Shown piece by piece: positions 10,701 through 56,764 of a stretch of 64,000 nucleotides of DNA. This DNA comes from Podarcis erhardii. Lineage: Eukaryota. The position numbers and the translations under genes were made by a program. The notes below the pieces were generated by a model. That model was not told the origin of the DNA. It did no database searches and worked only from the letters and a program-made list of their open reading frames with translations. The stretch is taken from NCBI GenBank assembly GCA_964252035.1, contig OZ176205.1. One strand, given 5' to 3'. Within the stretch, counting starts at the first letter, position 1. Every line of letters starts with the position of its first letter.

Positions 10701-13053
10701 ACTGAGAGGGTGGTGGGCAGAGAGCACGAACTGAGAAGCTAGAATTCAAGCCTGGGTCTCTGAACGAGGAGAGAAAGGCACTGGACACTTTGCTGCATTA
10801 TTCGTTTATTCTGCATCTCAAATTCCAAAGCTGAGCTCCAGCAGAAAATCAGGGTGGGAGAAAACAAGCCCCACCCCACTCCGCAAGAACATATTTCTGG
10901 GGATGCAAAGAAGTTTTGCATTTTGTTGTTTATGTTTGCCCTGGCAGAGTTATCATTTGTTTTGTTTTGTTTTCCTAGCAGGATTCCTGTGACTTTAACA
11001 ACTGCATGATGGAGTAGTTCAGACACTTGGTGAGTTGAACCTTAATGTCTTTCTGCAGGAAACTCATCACAAATCTGAACTACAATGGACAGCAATTTTT
11101 AGCTCACAGCTTATCTAAATTTTAGGTTCTAGAGCCTACAGTATATTGTTTTTGCCAAGCACATCACTATGAAGGATTCTAGGTTTGGTTGTTTTCATTA
11201 TGCCTATTTTTGAATGGGTTAAGATGATTCTAATACCAGGCAGAAAGGATCTCCTTTGGGGAGTACTGTAATATAATTAGTTCTTTCAGGGAAGAAGAGT
11301 TAGAACGCATTCCCAACCATTCCTACTTAAGAGTAAGTTCATTGAATCCAACAGAGCTTACTGCCAGGTAAGTGAAATTATGATTGCAGCCTTAGTTACT
11401 GGGAAAGATTTTAACATTGTGTGTACCCAATGTGAAAAAACAGAGAAATCAAAGGGATATCTTCTAAAATGATTTTAATTAGGTAACTAGGCCACTTGAT
11501 ATATGAAGAAGTTACTGTCCTTTGGCTAAAGTATGTGCTTTTTACTTTATGTCCTACAATTCATCAGGCATATTGATTGTACACTTCTGCTTCCATAGAG
11601 CGCTGGAGAAACTGAGATTGGACTCCACTACATGGTTGGATCACTCTGTCTATTGGATCTTTAGTTTATATAATAGATAGTTAGTGATTATGTGTATTTA
11701 TTAACACCTCCAGGATCTTTATAAACTTGACATCTCAAGAGAAATAGGAAAAACCCACAAATTTCAATAACTTTTTGAGACATGATATATATGACCAAGC
11801 CTATAAGAAATATTTTTAAGGTGGAGGAATTTTAAAAGCTTAAGTTGTCAGAAATTAACAAATTGCAAAAGATACTACTGGGACAGGCTCCATCACTCAA
11901 GATGGGACCCGGGTAACATAATCAATATTCTGAGTGTTTAGAAGTTTCTGTTTTCTGATACTAAAGAATATATAAAAGCTTAAAAAGGACTGGTAGTTTT
12001 CCATTAGAATTCTGTGAGCACTTCTCAGAAGAACTTGTACCACATTTAACTCCATTGTTTAACAATATACTGAGGTGCCCAAGGCTGAAACTCCTGATAT
12101 ATGTAGGGAGGTGATATTAGTAGTTATCCAAAAGCATTTTGCCCCTTGGAACAATCCTGTTCATATATTAGATGTGAAAATGTTTACTATATTTATCAAT
12201 GGAAGGATTGATTATACTCTTATACATTTTATACCACTTTAACAGCCATGGTTTCTCCCAAAGAATCATGGAAACTGGAGCTTACCCTTAAGTGAATACA
12301 GTTCCTAAGATTCTTTGCGAAAGCCTTATGCTTTAAATGAATCAAATGCTGTGATTATGACCCATAATCAGGTTGTGAATATCATTCAGTTTCATGAAAT
12401 GCCCAAAATCCTAATCATTTTTCTCTGGATATGGACAGTACATTGGATTGCTTGAAAAAGATTGCCTTAAAAGGCTTTCAAATAAAATGAATTTCAGGGA
12501 ACGTTTTGTATGGGCCTTTGGACTGAGAAGGAGCATTAAATCATGTTGCTTTTCTGTGAGGGGTCCGTAGCCATTGCTCTGAAAGAGATTAAACAGGTTT
12601 GCTCTTCCTGTGGACAATACTATGTTGTTTTTGAAGAACCTGCTGCAGTTCTTGCCTGCTCTGCTCAATAACCTAAGAATGTACAGTATTATTCAACCTT
12701 TAAATCACCTTAGACAAATCGGAACAGTGGAAGGAATTCAAAGTCATGCTAAAACAAAAGTTCCATCAGCACAAACATTTTTGCTTGCCTGATGGAAATA
12801 CCTCTCCTCTCCATGCTGTTCTGGGCGTTCTCCTGGCACCTCCCCAAGCTAATTTGTGGGGATGGGGGTGCACAGGGGAGGAGAGGAAGGAAAGTCCCAT
12901 TGCTTACTTAAATCCAGCCCTTTAATACCCAAGGTAAAAAAAGAAATAGTATTTTGCATTGAAAGAAAATGTGTGGGGTCAGTGGCAGTGTTTAAGGCTC
13001 CAGATTACAAATAAGCTTAAAGACCTGAAGAATGGAAGTTTTGCTTTTATACT

Positions 13054-13271
13054 CAAAACAAAACAAATTCCTTCCAGTAGCACCTTAAAGACCAACTAAG
13101 TCAGTTCTTGGTATGAGCTTTCGTGTGCATGCACACTTCTTCAGATACACGGAAGAAGTGTGCATGCACACGAAAGCTCATACCAAGAACTGACTTAGTT
13201 GGTCTTTAAGGTGCTACTGGAAGGAATTTGTTTTGTTTTGACTATGGCAGACCAACACGGCTACCTATCTG
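13054..13271 (+). mobile_element. Penelope-like retroelement pseudo-LTR fragment with a 5' inverted segment
   Basis: Perfect 89-bp inverted repeat (13054-13142 / 13152-13240, 9-nt spacer) followed by actatggcagaccaacacggctacctatctg; 13-bp TSD ttgcttttatact at 13041-13053 and 13272-13284; contains a hammerhead motif typical of PLE pLTRs. Confidence 0.8.
13111..13148 (-). ncRNA. Minimal type I hammerhead ribozyme motif
   Basis: Minus strand reads GUAU-CUGAAGA-A-GUGUGCAUGCACAC-GAAA-GC-UC-AUAC: stem I GUAU/AUAC, core CUGANGA, palindromic stem II, GAAA, palindromic mini stem III (AGCU), predicted cleavage after UC (between 13115 and 13114). Confidence 0.75.
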
Positions 13272-15320
13272 TTGCTTTTATACTGTTCAACATTAAGGAT
13301 GCTGTACATATTTTGAATGGCTGTTAAGGTCTCTCTTAAGGGATGTAGAGCAACACTAAAATGGCAGTGTTTCCTAAAGTGTTAGATCTGTTTCAGATTG
13401 TGCTTATGGTTCCATTAAAGTGGTTAACAGCTTGGCAAAAATATTATATGGCAAGGCAAGAAGCCAAGGATTGCTAGATTTACTATGCATTAGCCAATTA
13501 AGCATGGTGGGCTTCCTGTTCTGGATTTCACATTGGATTGCTATGCTGCTGAGTTTTGTGATTTCATTAGTTTGGTACAAGTGCCAGAAAACAAATATTG
13601 GAAGAAGATGGAAAACAAAGGGATACCCAATTACTCAGGTACTGTGGTAGGTTTTTCTTTCTAAATATAGACTTAAAACCTGGCAGCATTATATCCCTGA
13701 CTTCATATGGGAGAAATGGAAAGAAAGGTTACCTCAGATATCTCCGCTCTTACTTTTTAAAAATCCTCCATAGCAGCTGTGTTTGTAGCACTCAAATGTA
13801 TACCCAATTGGCATCTTGGATAAATAGGCAGTTTCTGTTTGTGGCTCAAGATATCCTTGTACACTAATTCAAATGTCTACAAATAAAAAGGCTGGTGAGA
13901 GAGAGCTCTTGAAAATACTTTCTACAGAATTATGTGCTTTCGTCATTTAACAATAAGTACACATGGCAGATTTCTCATGTTCTGAGTTCAGCACTTGAAC
14001 AGGTATGTTTTTACCTCACTGACATCCAGAACCTATCTGTGCAGATGGCAAACTTGTGCCAGTCTCAATCTTTTCCAACTCAATCCAGAAGGCAATTGTG
14101 GGCTGAAGTCCCTATGTGTCTGGATTGCAGAAGATAGATGTGGAACATATAATATCTTTTGAGAGTTTCTCTGTGGCTGTGCCTTTAAAAATGCATTTTC
14201 CTTTGTTGGAAGCCTGAATCTCTTTGTGTCAACTGTGAATAAAGGTAAACATATTCACAGTAGGTGGTGCCATTGAATCTTCAAATAAGAACATGATGTG
14301 GCCATGCAGCCTTCTCCCCTGTGACTGACTTCTGTGTATCAAGTGCTGCAGCCAAGTAGATGAAGATTTATCTTTAGCAGTCAAAGGACTCATTGCTTCC
14401 TAGAAAAAGGAGGGAATATATGCCCCCATAAAAATATGGAGATGTTAATTTAGAATCAAACTAGCAATTGTTTCAGTTGGAAAGTTCTTTTAACTAGATC
14501 AGTGTAGAGGACACAGGTGCACAATATGGAGCTATAATTTATAGTGAATGTCCCAAGATGAAAAACAACTTCTGCCAAAACGCAAATATCAGCTACAAGG
14601 CTCACAAGTAAGATTTCACAAATATTCTGTAAATCAAGTGAATGAGACTCATGTTTCACCTCTTCCTCTGAAAGGCTACTACAGCTGTTCCCTTGTCAGT
14701 GCTAACATTTGTTATGGCTAATAACACTTTCAATCACAACTGTTTGAGGAAAATTGATTTATTTAGAACCTTCTCTCCTGTGCTGAAAATACTCTGCCAA
14801 GGACAAAAGCTCCTGCAAACCACAGGTTGTTAATTCCCTGATGGATTCCTATGCATGTCTCAGCACTGCTTCTTTATACATTTTTGAAGGGGCTGTAAAG
14901 AAAAAAAATGAAATAGGTAAGCTCTTCTTTATATTTAATGTTGCCTTTATCATAGCAATTTTGTAGATGTTACCCCTCAAATTTTTGTATGTGAATCAAA
15001 TTTGATTTTGATGTGCTGTCTATAGGATAAATAAGATTAGTGGGGCAGTGCTGACATAACTTCCAAGATGTCTGTGTTGAGTTTTTGCCTTTCAGACCGA
15101 CCTACAGAATCCATTTTAATTAGCCACTTTACCAAATGCCAAAATTTGGTAACTACAGAATGACACTGCTTGTTAAGCCTACATTACTGAAATACTTGTT
15201 AGTACCTTGACAAAACAAACTAGGCTTTAATATGGTTCAAACTATGGTTTAAAACAAGCATGGTGACTTGCTTTAAATTACAATTTTAATGTGAGATGCA
15301 AGGTGTGCCAGTGTCAAAGT

Positions 15321-15453
15321 CAGGCATAGGCAAACTCAGCCTTCCAGATGTTTTGAGACTACAACTCCCATCATCCCTGACCACTGGTCCTGTTAGCTGG
15401 GGATGATGGGAGTTGTACTGAAACATCTGGAGGGCCAAGTTTGCCTATGCCTG
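15321..15453. mobile_element. hAT MITE, 133 bp, largely palindromic
   Basis: Perfect 15-bp TIR caggcataggcaaac / gtttgcctatgcctg; perfect 8-bp TSD gtcaaagt (15313-15320, 15454-15461). Confidence 0.92.
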
Positions 15454-15485
15454 GTCAAAGTAGATGGGGCTGGTGTATTCTCTGA

Positions 15486-27974
<12,489 letters not shown>

Positions 27975-28323
27975 TTAGTCACCTCTCAATTGTCCTCATT
28001 TATTGGGCTGTTGTTCATTTTCATCTATTTTTTCATGCATTCTGTTTCAGGCCCTACTACCCATCCCCATGAGAAAAAGATGCAAAGCTCCAAGTGCCTT
28101 ATGACAGGTGACTTTGAGTCCCTGTCCCCCTCCCTTTTCTCAAATCTGAAATCTACTTAGTTTGGTTATCAACCACCAGACACATCAATTGCTCTAATTG
28201 TTCTTCAACAGCTGCCTTTGCAACAACATAACCATAGACTAATTTGTGTCATACTTATGAAAATAAGGAATAATCCCTTGTACAGCCACTTTGAGTTCTG
28301 AGGAGACGACGGGATATCTATGT

Positions 28324-28333
28324 AATAAATAAA
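28324..28333 (+). terminator. Candidate ARMH1 polyadenylation signal (overlapping AATAAA)
   Basis: aataaataaa about 350 nt after the stop codon; use not verified. Confidence 0.4.
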
Positions 28334-29247
28334 AACAGTACTGAACAACTAAATTTAAGTCTCTGTGATCATACATACCAGACACAAGACTTCACTCCAA
28401 TTTGCAGGTTCAACTGAAACTGAAATAAATGAACATACAGAAGATACATGGGCATCTGGTTAGCCATTGTGAGAACAGATTGCTTGGCCTTATCTAGCAG
28501 GCTGCTCTGCTCTTACACTGTGAACTCTAAATCCCCTTGCCAACTTTTTTTTGTGCAGACAGACTGAACCCTAATGTAGTAGAGCATCCAGAAGTCTACC
28601 ATAAGACCCAATGTTCTTTTCTTGAGAAATATTATTAAAGGCAAAACATTTACATGATTTGCAAGCCAAAAACAGAAACTGCCACTCTCTAGCAGCGCTA
28701 CTGGGAAAGCAGCAATGGCTTCTCTAGTTATGCATTCAGCAATATAAACACTCTCTTGAATACTTCATAGCTTTACAGATATATAAAGGAATTTTTGAAG
28801 TAATACAGCTCTTCAAGAGAAATTAAGGAGCAATCGTATGCTTAAGCCCATTGATTTCAGATACGGTTTTGTATAGGATTTGGCTGCTCTTTTCCTGAAG
28901 TGTACTTTAGCACAATGGATAGTATGTATGCTTACAGATCAGGCCTATCTACTTCATAGAGATGGAGATAAAATGTTGAAACTTCATATCAGTTGTTTCC
29001 CAACTCCTAGCTCTCTTCTCTTGGAAAGCATGCTATGCCATTAGCATCTCCTTAGCCACTTTGTATGCCTTAGATTTTAGGAATCAATTAACACTTGCAT
29101 GCAGTAATGACAACCTAAATTCACTTTATAATTGCCAATGCCAGCAGACAAAATTAGCAGCATCATTCCCATCCTTTGAAAGCTACACTGATACATCCAT
29201 GCACATATCAGACTTTTCCTCATAGGGTGTAAGCACATGCCGTATAT

Positions 29248-29249
<2 letters not shown>

Positions 29250-29281
<32 letters not shown>
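29250..29281. repeat. (CA)n microsatellite, about 15-16 units
   Basis: Read directly from the sequence. Confidence 0.97.
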
Positions 29282-29284
<3 letters not shown>

Positions 29285-30074
29285 TTTAACACTTTGGGGA
29301 AGGATACTGAAGCATACCCACACACTACTTTGCTCTTGAGTAGTCCAAATAGGTGCAAATTTTAAACTTCACAGTTACAATGAAATGGCCCAAACAGCTG
29401 ACACTTTTTGCCATTCTACTGATAAAATGCAAAAACTCAGAAAGGCAGAAATTAATTTCCATTTCAGAACAGACTGACACTATAATTGATTTTATTCTGT
29501 GAATCACCCTGAGACCTCTGGGTACAGGGCAGTATATAAATTCAATAAACAAATAATAATTGTAAATATTTTTGTAGACTTTTTTTCAAAATAATAGCCA
29601 TCAGAGATAGTTTTCTTTTAAGCACATGATTAATGCATAAAGCCAATAAAATTGTTTAACACTGACAGATTTCAATACCAGTGTTTGACTAGTTTCAGAA
29701 GTCATAAACGGAATTCTTGCCTCTACATGAATGAAGACTATCACAGTCCAACACATTGACTTAAATAGATATGATTATGGTCATTGTCCATTTGCAACAT
29801 TTATAACAGGAACAGCCAGGAGCTGTGTACTCTCAGGTCTGCATGAGAAAATATCCAGACCTCCCAGGGACTAATAACATTTGGTACTATATGGGCCTAG
29901 GTTGTTAAATTGCACACATGAGGGTAGTGTTCCCCTCCACGAAGCCTTTGAGGAGCAGCAGTTGAAATAGCCACAGTAGCTAAGGAGTGGAGTCCTTTCT
30001 ATCCAAGTTGGCTACCTTTGTCTTGTCAGGCAGAGCGGCCGAGCGGCTGGGTATAAATATTTTAAATAAATCCA

Positions 30075-33000
30075 CAATGTTTTAAAAACTTTTATTTATG
30101 CAGTTTTAACAGCCTTTATACACACATTGCACAGTATCCATCACTTATCTCTTTTCCCGACTTCCCAATCCATCTCTCTTGTAGGTTAAATTGTATATTT
30201 AACCTACTTGTAGATTAAATTGTATCTTGTACCCTCTAAGATAATCTCCAAAATACCTCCACTCTACTCTTCTCTTTAACTCATCCTTATTCCTTAGTTT
30301 TGCAGTCAAGGTTACTAATTCTACATATTCTATCAGTTTGTTTTACCAAGTTTCCTTTGTGGGTATCTCTACTTCTTTCCATTTTTTTGCATATATTATT
30401 CTAGCTGCAGTGATTGCGTGCAGAAAGATATTGAGTGCCTTTTTTGGAATGCCATCACCTATTATCCCTAACAGGAAGGCCTCTGGTCTATTGGGAAATG
30501 TGAATTTTAAAATCTTTAATTATTCTTTAGAGCAGGCATCCCCAAACCCGGCCCTCCAGCTGTTTGGGGCCTACAATTCCCATAATCCCTGACCACTAGT
30601 CCTGTTAGCTAGGGATGATGGGAGTTGTAGTCCCAAAACAGGTGGAGGGCCAAGTTTGGGGATGCCTGCTCTAGAGTATTTACACGACCACCACATATGC
30701 ATCAGGGTTCCCTCTACCTTGTGGCACTTCCAGCATAAATTAGACCCTTTTTTATACATTTTCACTAATTTATTGGGTTGTCAAGTACCACTGGTACATC
30801 ATCTTTTGTAGGTTTTCCTTAATAAGTTAACAGGCAGAAAAATTCATGGTTTTCCCCCCATAATTTTTCCCATGTGGACAATTCTATGTTGCAACCAATA
30901 TCTATGGCCCATTTTTTCATTGTCGCCTTTACCATCTCATCTTTGGTCTCCCACTCCAATAACACCTTATAAATTTTTGAGATTAATTTATCATCCTTTC
31001 CTAATACAATTTTTTCAAATTCTGAACTCATTTCCACCAATCCCTTTTCCTTATCTCTTTAAAATACTGGTAACTCATTCACCTGAAAATACTGAAACCA
31101 ATCTATAGTATGATCCCAAATATCTTCTCCTTTTTTTAGGTGAACTTTATATAAACTTTATATAAACCTTCTATAAACTTTATAAGTGGCCCATTAGTCC
31201 ATATTCAACCTTTTCGCTGAGACCACCTCAGTTGGGGATATCCATCTTGGGGGTTTTCTCTCTAAAAGATCTTTGTGTCACTGCCAAACTGTGTACATAC
31301 TTCTTCTTACGACATGGTTTTGGAAACCTTTGTGCACCCTTGATTTGTCATAATGCAGATATGCATGCCATTCAAAGTGTAGATCAAAACCTTCTAGGTC
31401 TAAAATATTAGTATCTCTTAGCTCCATCTATTCTTTCATCCAACAGAGACACGCTGCCTCATAATAAAATCTAAGGTCTGGAAGGGCAAAGTCCCCTCTT
31501 TCTCTTACATCTGTCAGATTTTTATACTTAATTCGGGTTTCTCCACTACCAAATGAAGTTTGTCACGTCCTTCTTTCACATTTTAAAACAGTTTGGGCTA
31601 TTACCGCAAGTGTTTGAAATAAGATGATCATCTTGGGCAAAACATTCATTTTGACTGCTGATATTCTTCCTAACAAAGAAAGGTTCAGTCTAGTCCATTT
31701 TTCTAGATTCTTTTTATTTCATTCCAGATTTTAACATAGTTATCCTGAAAAAGGTTTAAATTCTTAGCTGATATCCATATCCCCAAATATTTTTCTGTTT
31801 TAATTCCCATAATATTCTCAAGTCTTTCTTTTGCCTGCAAGTCTAATTTTTTTACTGTCATTTTTGTTTTTTCCTTATTTATATAGAATCCTGCCAATTT
31901 GCCAAATTTTGTTATAGTTTCTATTGCCCTTGGGACGCTTTCCACCCAATTTTCCAACATCAACACGTCGTCTGCAAAGGCTTTCACTTTGTATTCTCTC
32001 TGCCCAACCTTAATTCCTGTTATTTCATCATTTTTCATATTTCTCTAGTTAACACTTCTAATACGTATTAGGATAAACAACAGTGGCAACAGGGGGTATC
32101 CCTGCCTTGTCCCCTTCTTGATGCTACTTTTTTCTGTGACATTACTATTTATTATTAAGCTCGCCTATTGCTCTGTGTATACTGCATTTATCCCATTAGA
32201 GAATATGGCATTCAGAACAGCATTCTCCACTAATTTCTTCAGGAAGACCCAGAACACATTGTCAAAGGCCTTTTCAGCATATAAAAATATTAGTGCTGCT
32301 TCTTTTTCATTTCTTTTTTCCAAGTATTTGATCACATTTCTAGTATTATTCCTTGGTAAAAAAACCTCATGAATAGGTGATTCTAGGACCACCATCAGCT
32401 TTTTTGCCATTATTGCAGTGTACAACTTACAATCATTGTTCAGTAAGGAGATCAGCCTGTAGTTCTTGGGTTGGAGTATATCCTGATCTTGTTTGGGGAT
32501 TAGAGTAATGTAAATGTTCTTCTACAATGTTGGTATTGTTCTCCCTTGTAAACTTTCATTCATAAGATCTTTAAGGGGCGTGGTAATGTTTCTCTTAATG
32601 TTTTATAATATGCGACTGAAAGTCCGTCCAGACCAGGAGGTTTGCCAGGCTTTGCCTGCTTGATAGGTACATCTATTTCCATCATTGAGATGGGGGCATT
32701 CAGACTATCTACTTGGTCCTTTGTTAGCTGTGGTAGATAACATTTTTGCAAATATTCTTCTATGTCTTTCTCACTCTCCTTTCCATTCACATACAAAGTC
32801 GAGTAGTATCTTAAAACTTCTTTTCTGAATTCTTTTTGGTTATATATCCTCTCCCCTACCATTATCTTGTTTATTATATTGGGGGTTTTACTTTCCCAGC
32901 TTATTGGCAAACTCAGATTGTTTTTGTTTTAAAGCTTTTTAGTCGTTGCTCTATTTCATTCTGTGTGATCATGGCAAATTGCGTTTGTTGTATTTTCAGT

Positions 33001-33650
33001 TTCTGAATACAAACTTGATATTTTCATAACACACCATTTCCTTCAAAATTCTTTTTCTTCCTCTTTTCTTTCTATAAATTGGATTACCAGCATGTCACAT
33101 CCTGATCCATTCCTTTACTGGAGTTCCTTAGTTGTTTTATCGTTTTCTGTCAACACCACCGCATTAAGTCCTCTAATATTATTATCTCATTACATCTTTC
33201 AAATAATTTGCCTTCCAGCTCTCTATAGAACTCCAGTATTTTTTTTTTCCATTTAGCTAGCCTACAAGGTGATTAGCTCCATTTTCTACACATACCTGTG
33301 TTAGTAATTTTTTTTTAAACAACCTGGAAAAAGGTCAGATGAATTCAATCTTGTCCTCTTCCAGTTGTTCCATTAGCAAAAATGGTAGAGTCCAGAAGTT
33401 TTGACTAGCGTTGACCACCCACATTTTTCCAGAACTCCTTATCATTTCTCATAAATAGGGACCATCTTTCCTTAAAGTTCAACCAAAATAGAAACAACCT
33501 TTGCTGTCATCACAACCTAGCTGGACTAGGATTGCCTAATGTGTTCAAGTTACAGTCCTAAACATTCTTTCCATGCTCCTGTAAATATTTAAGGGCGGGG
33601 GGCAAAGATCCACCAAGTTCAATAGACTTCCTCTGGTAAGTATACTAGTA
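30075..33650 (-). mobile_element. Old, degraded L1-clade LINE (ORF1 end, endonuclease, RT and C-terminal remnants)
   Basis: Fragmented minus-strand ORFs: NIRGLN (APE N-terminus, near 33170), KQAKPGKPPGLDGL, IFLYAEKAFDNV, KVKAFADDV (RT), [18 protein letters not shown] (zf-RVT-like); many stops and frameshifts. Boundaries approximate. Confidence 0.85.
30533..30668. mobile_element. hAT (Charlie-like) MITE, 136 bp, nested in the L1 remnant
   Basis: Perfect 15-bp TIR caggcatccccaaac / gtttggggatgcctg; 8-bp TSD ctttagag / ctctagag (NTCTAGAN-type target). Confidence 0.9.
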
Positions 33651-34191
33651 AGTACAATTGCTGCCTTCCTCTGAAACAAAACCAGTTGAAAACCAAGATA
33701 AAAGGCCAGATTCAGCTAAATAGTTGTGCTAGTGCAACAAGTCATGTTAATAGGAAGATGGGAAACTGGTCTACCTGGCAAGCAGAAATGTTTGCAATGA
33801 CTGAACAAACATAACATCACAATGCTAAACTCCTCCCATAGTATTTCTAAGTAAAATATGTTTATAACCAGTCTTACCGACAAATCTCAAATTCTCTTTT
33901 AGATGTAATAGGTTGAAAGTAAGCAAGCTGTCCTTACCAAGTTGTTGCTCTCCAAGCCAGATGTGCATACAAATCCAACATATACAAGTGGCCTCCAAGA
34001 ATAGCAGAAGACCTGCAGAACACACTTCAAACCCCTCACAATACAGGACTTGATGCATTCAGAAATATTTATTTATAAACTGCTTCAATTACTGATTATT
34101 TATATTTTAAAAAGTCTCAAACAGCAAAACCAGTTCAAGATTCACTGGATTGCATTCAATGTTAACATTTCAAAAGTATTTAGTGAAATAC

Positions 34192-34197
34192 TTTATT
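34192..34197 (-). terminator. Candidate KIF2C polyadenylation signal
   Basis: AATAAA on the minus strand about 275 nt after the stop codon. Confidence 0.5.
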
Positions 34198-34471
34198 TAC
34201 ACTAGAAAAATGTACAAGCTTACCAAGAGACACCAAAGCAACTCTTCTTCTTAGCCTTCAGTTGTGAAGAGGAGCAATGGTCCCAGAAACATCACATTCT
34301 GGCAGAGTACTTTCCTTTGCCTGCATAAAGGATAGCACCCTCTCCCCAAAACAGGGAACCCTCAAACAAGATAGGATGAACCTTCTGCTAGCATTTTAAA
34401 TACAGTTAACAGCAAACCAAAGAAGTGACAGACAAATAGAGAGGGAAGAAATTCATTTAACAAGTGGGTAA

Positions 34472-55821
<21,350 letters not shown>

Positions 55822-55859
55822 AGTACTGGAAAAGTCTGGTTCTCTAGCGTCAGCAAAAA

Positions 55860-56110
55860 AAGGGAGCACCTCTCACTTCACAGACCGGTATCGAAAAGAA
55901 GCAGCGAATCAACGGCCGCCGTTTTGAACGGGGCGCGCCGCAAAGCCTGCCGGGAAGCTACGTCTGTCAGGTGACGTAAATGCCTACAAAAAAACTACAT
56001 CTACCAGCACGACTTGCGGCGCCCGCCCCCTAATTGTTTCCCCATGTTTTCTGGAGATTTACACTTCCGAAAATGACGTGCAAGCCAAAGTTAATGACTT
56101 GGAGCCTAGC
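55860..56110 (-). promoter_or_regulatory. KIF2C CpG-island promoter with cell-cycle-type motifs
   Basis: GGCCG-N4-TTTGAA (CDE/CHR-like, 55914-55928, inverse orientation to the gene); E2F-like tttgcggcgcgcc on the minus strand; CRE-like tgacgtaa near 55972; ZNF143-like actacatctaccagcac (55994-56010); NRF1 palindrome gcgcatgcgc in intron 1 (55639-55648). Confidence 0.7.
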
Positions 56111-56742
56111 CGGAGGAGCGTTCTAAGGGGGAAATGGCCTCTCTTGTGATGGAGAAGCAGCTATATAGGTAGACGAATGACGGGGTCTTTTAGTGCAGAT
56201 TAATTGGTATCTCGTAATTTTTAACTTTTCCGTTTTCAACCTTTTTTGCGTTTTGCCCGATTCATTTATTTTTGCCTTTTGGTATACAACTTTTCCTTTT
56301 TTGAATCTATGGGAATCTCGTGACGATTGCCAAAATTCAATATTATGCACATATCGTATTCATGGCATTTTATCCCGCTCTTCCTTCAAGCTCAGGCACC
56401 CCGCCACCCGTTTTTATTCCCTTTACACCCTTATAAGATGGGCTGCCTGAGAGACACAAGCCCAATGTCACCGAGGGAGTTTTGTGGCGGAGGGGGCATT
56501 TGCACAGGGTTCCCCAAGTCCGATGGGCTAGCGATCAGAACGCTACATTTCCGGCAGTCCTTCATTCATTGATATACAGTTACCGGTAACTTCAAAATAA
56601 GCAGACTTTTTAAATTCTTGCTTCCGCCTAAACACGTATAAAACTGCGCTATGGGTCGGCATTAAAAGAAACGAACAGCATCATGCTTTTAACAACACTG
56701 TTTTATGCCTGTTGATTTTTGTGAAGTTGGTAAGCATTCAAA

Positions 56743-56757
56743 TCTATTTTTAACAAC
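56743..56757 (-). terminator. snRNA 3' box of U5
   Basis: GTTGTTAAAAATAGA starting 8 nt downstream of the U5 end; resembles the consensus GTTTN0-3AAARNNAGA. Confidence 0.7.
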
Positions 56758-56764
56758 AAAAAAG

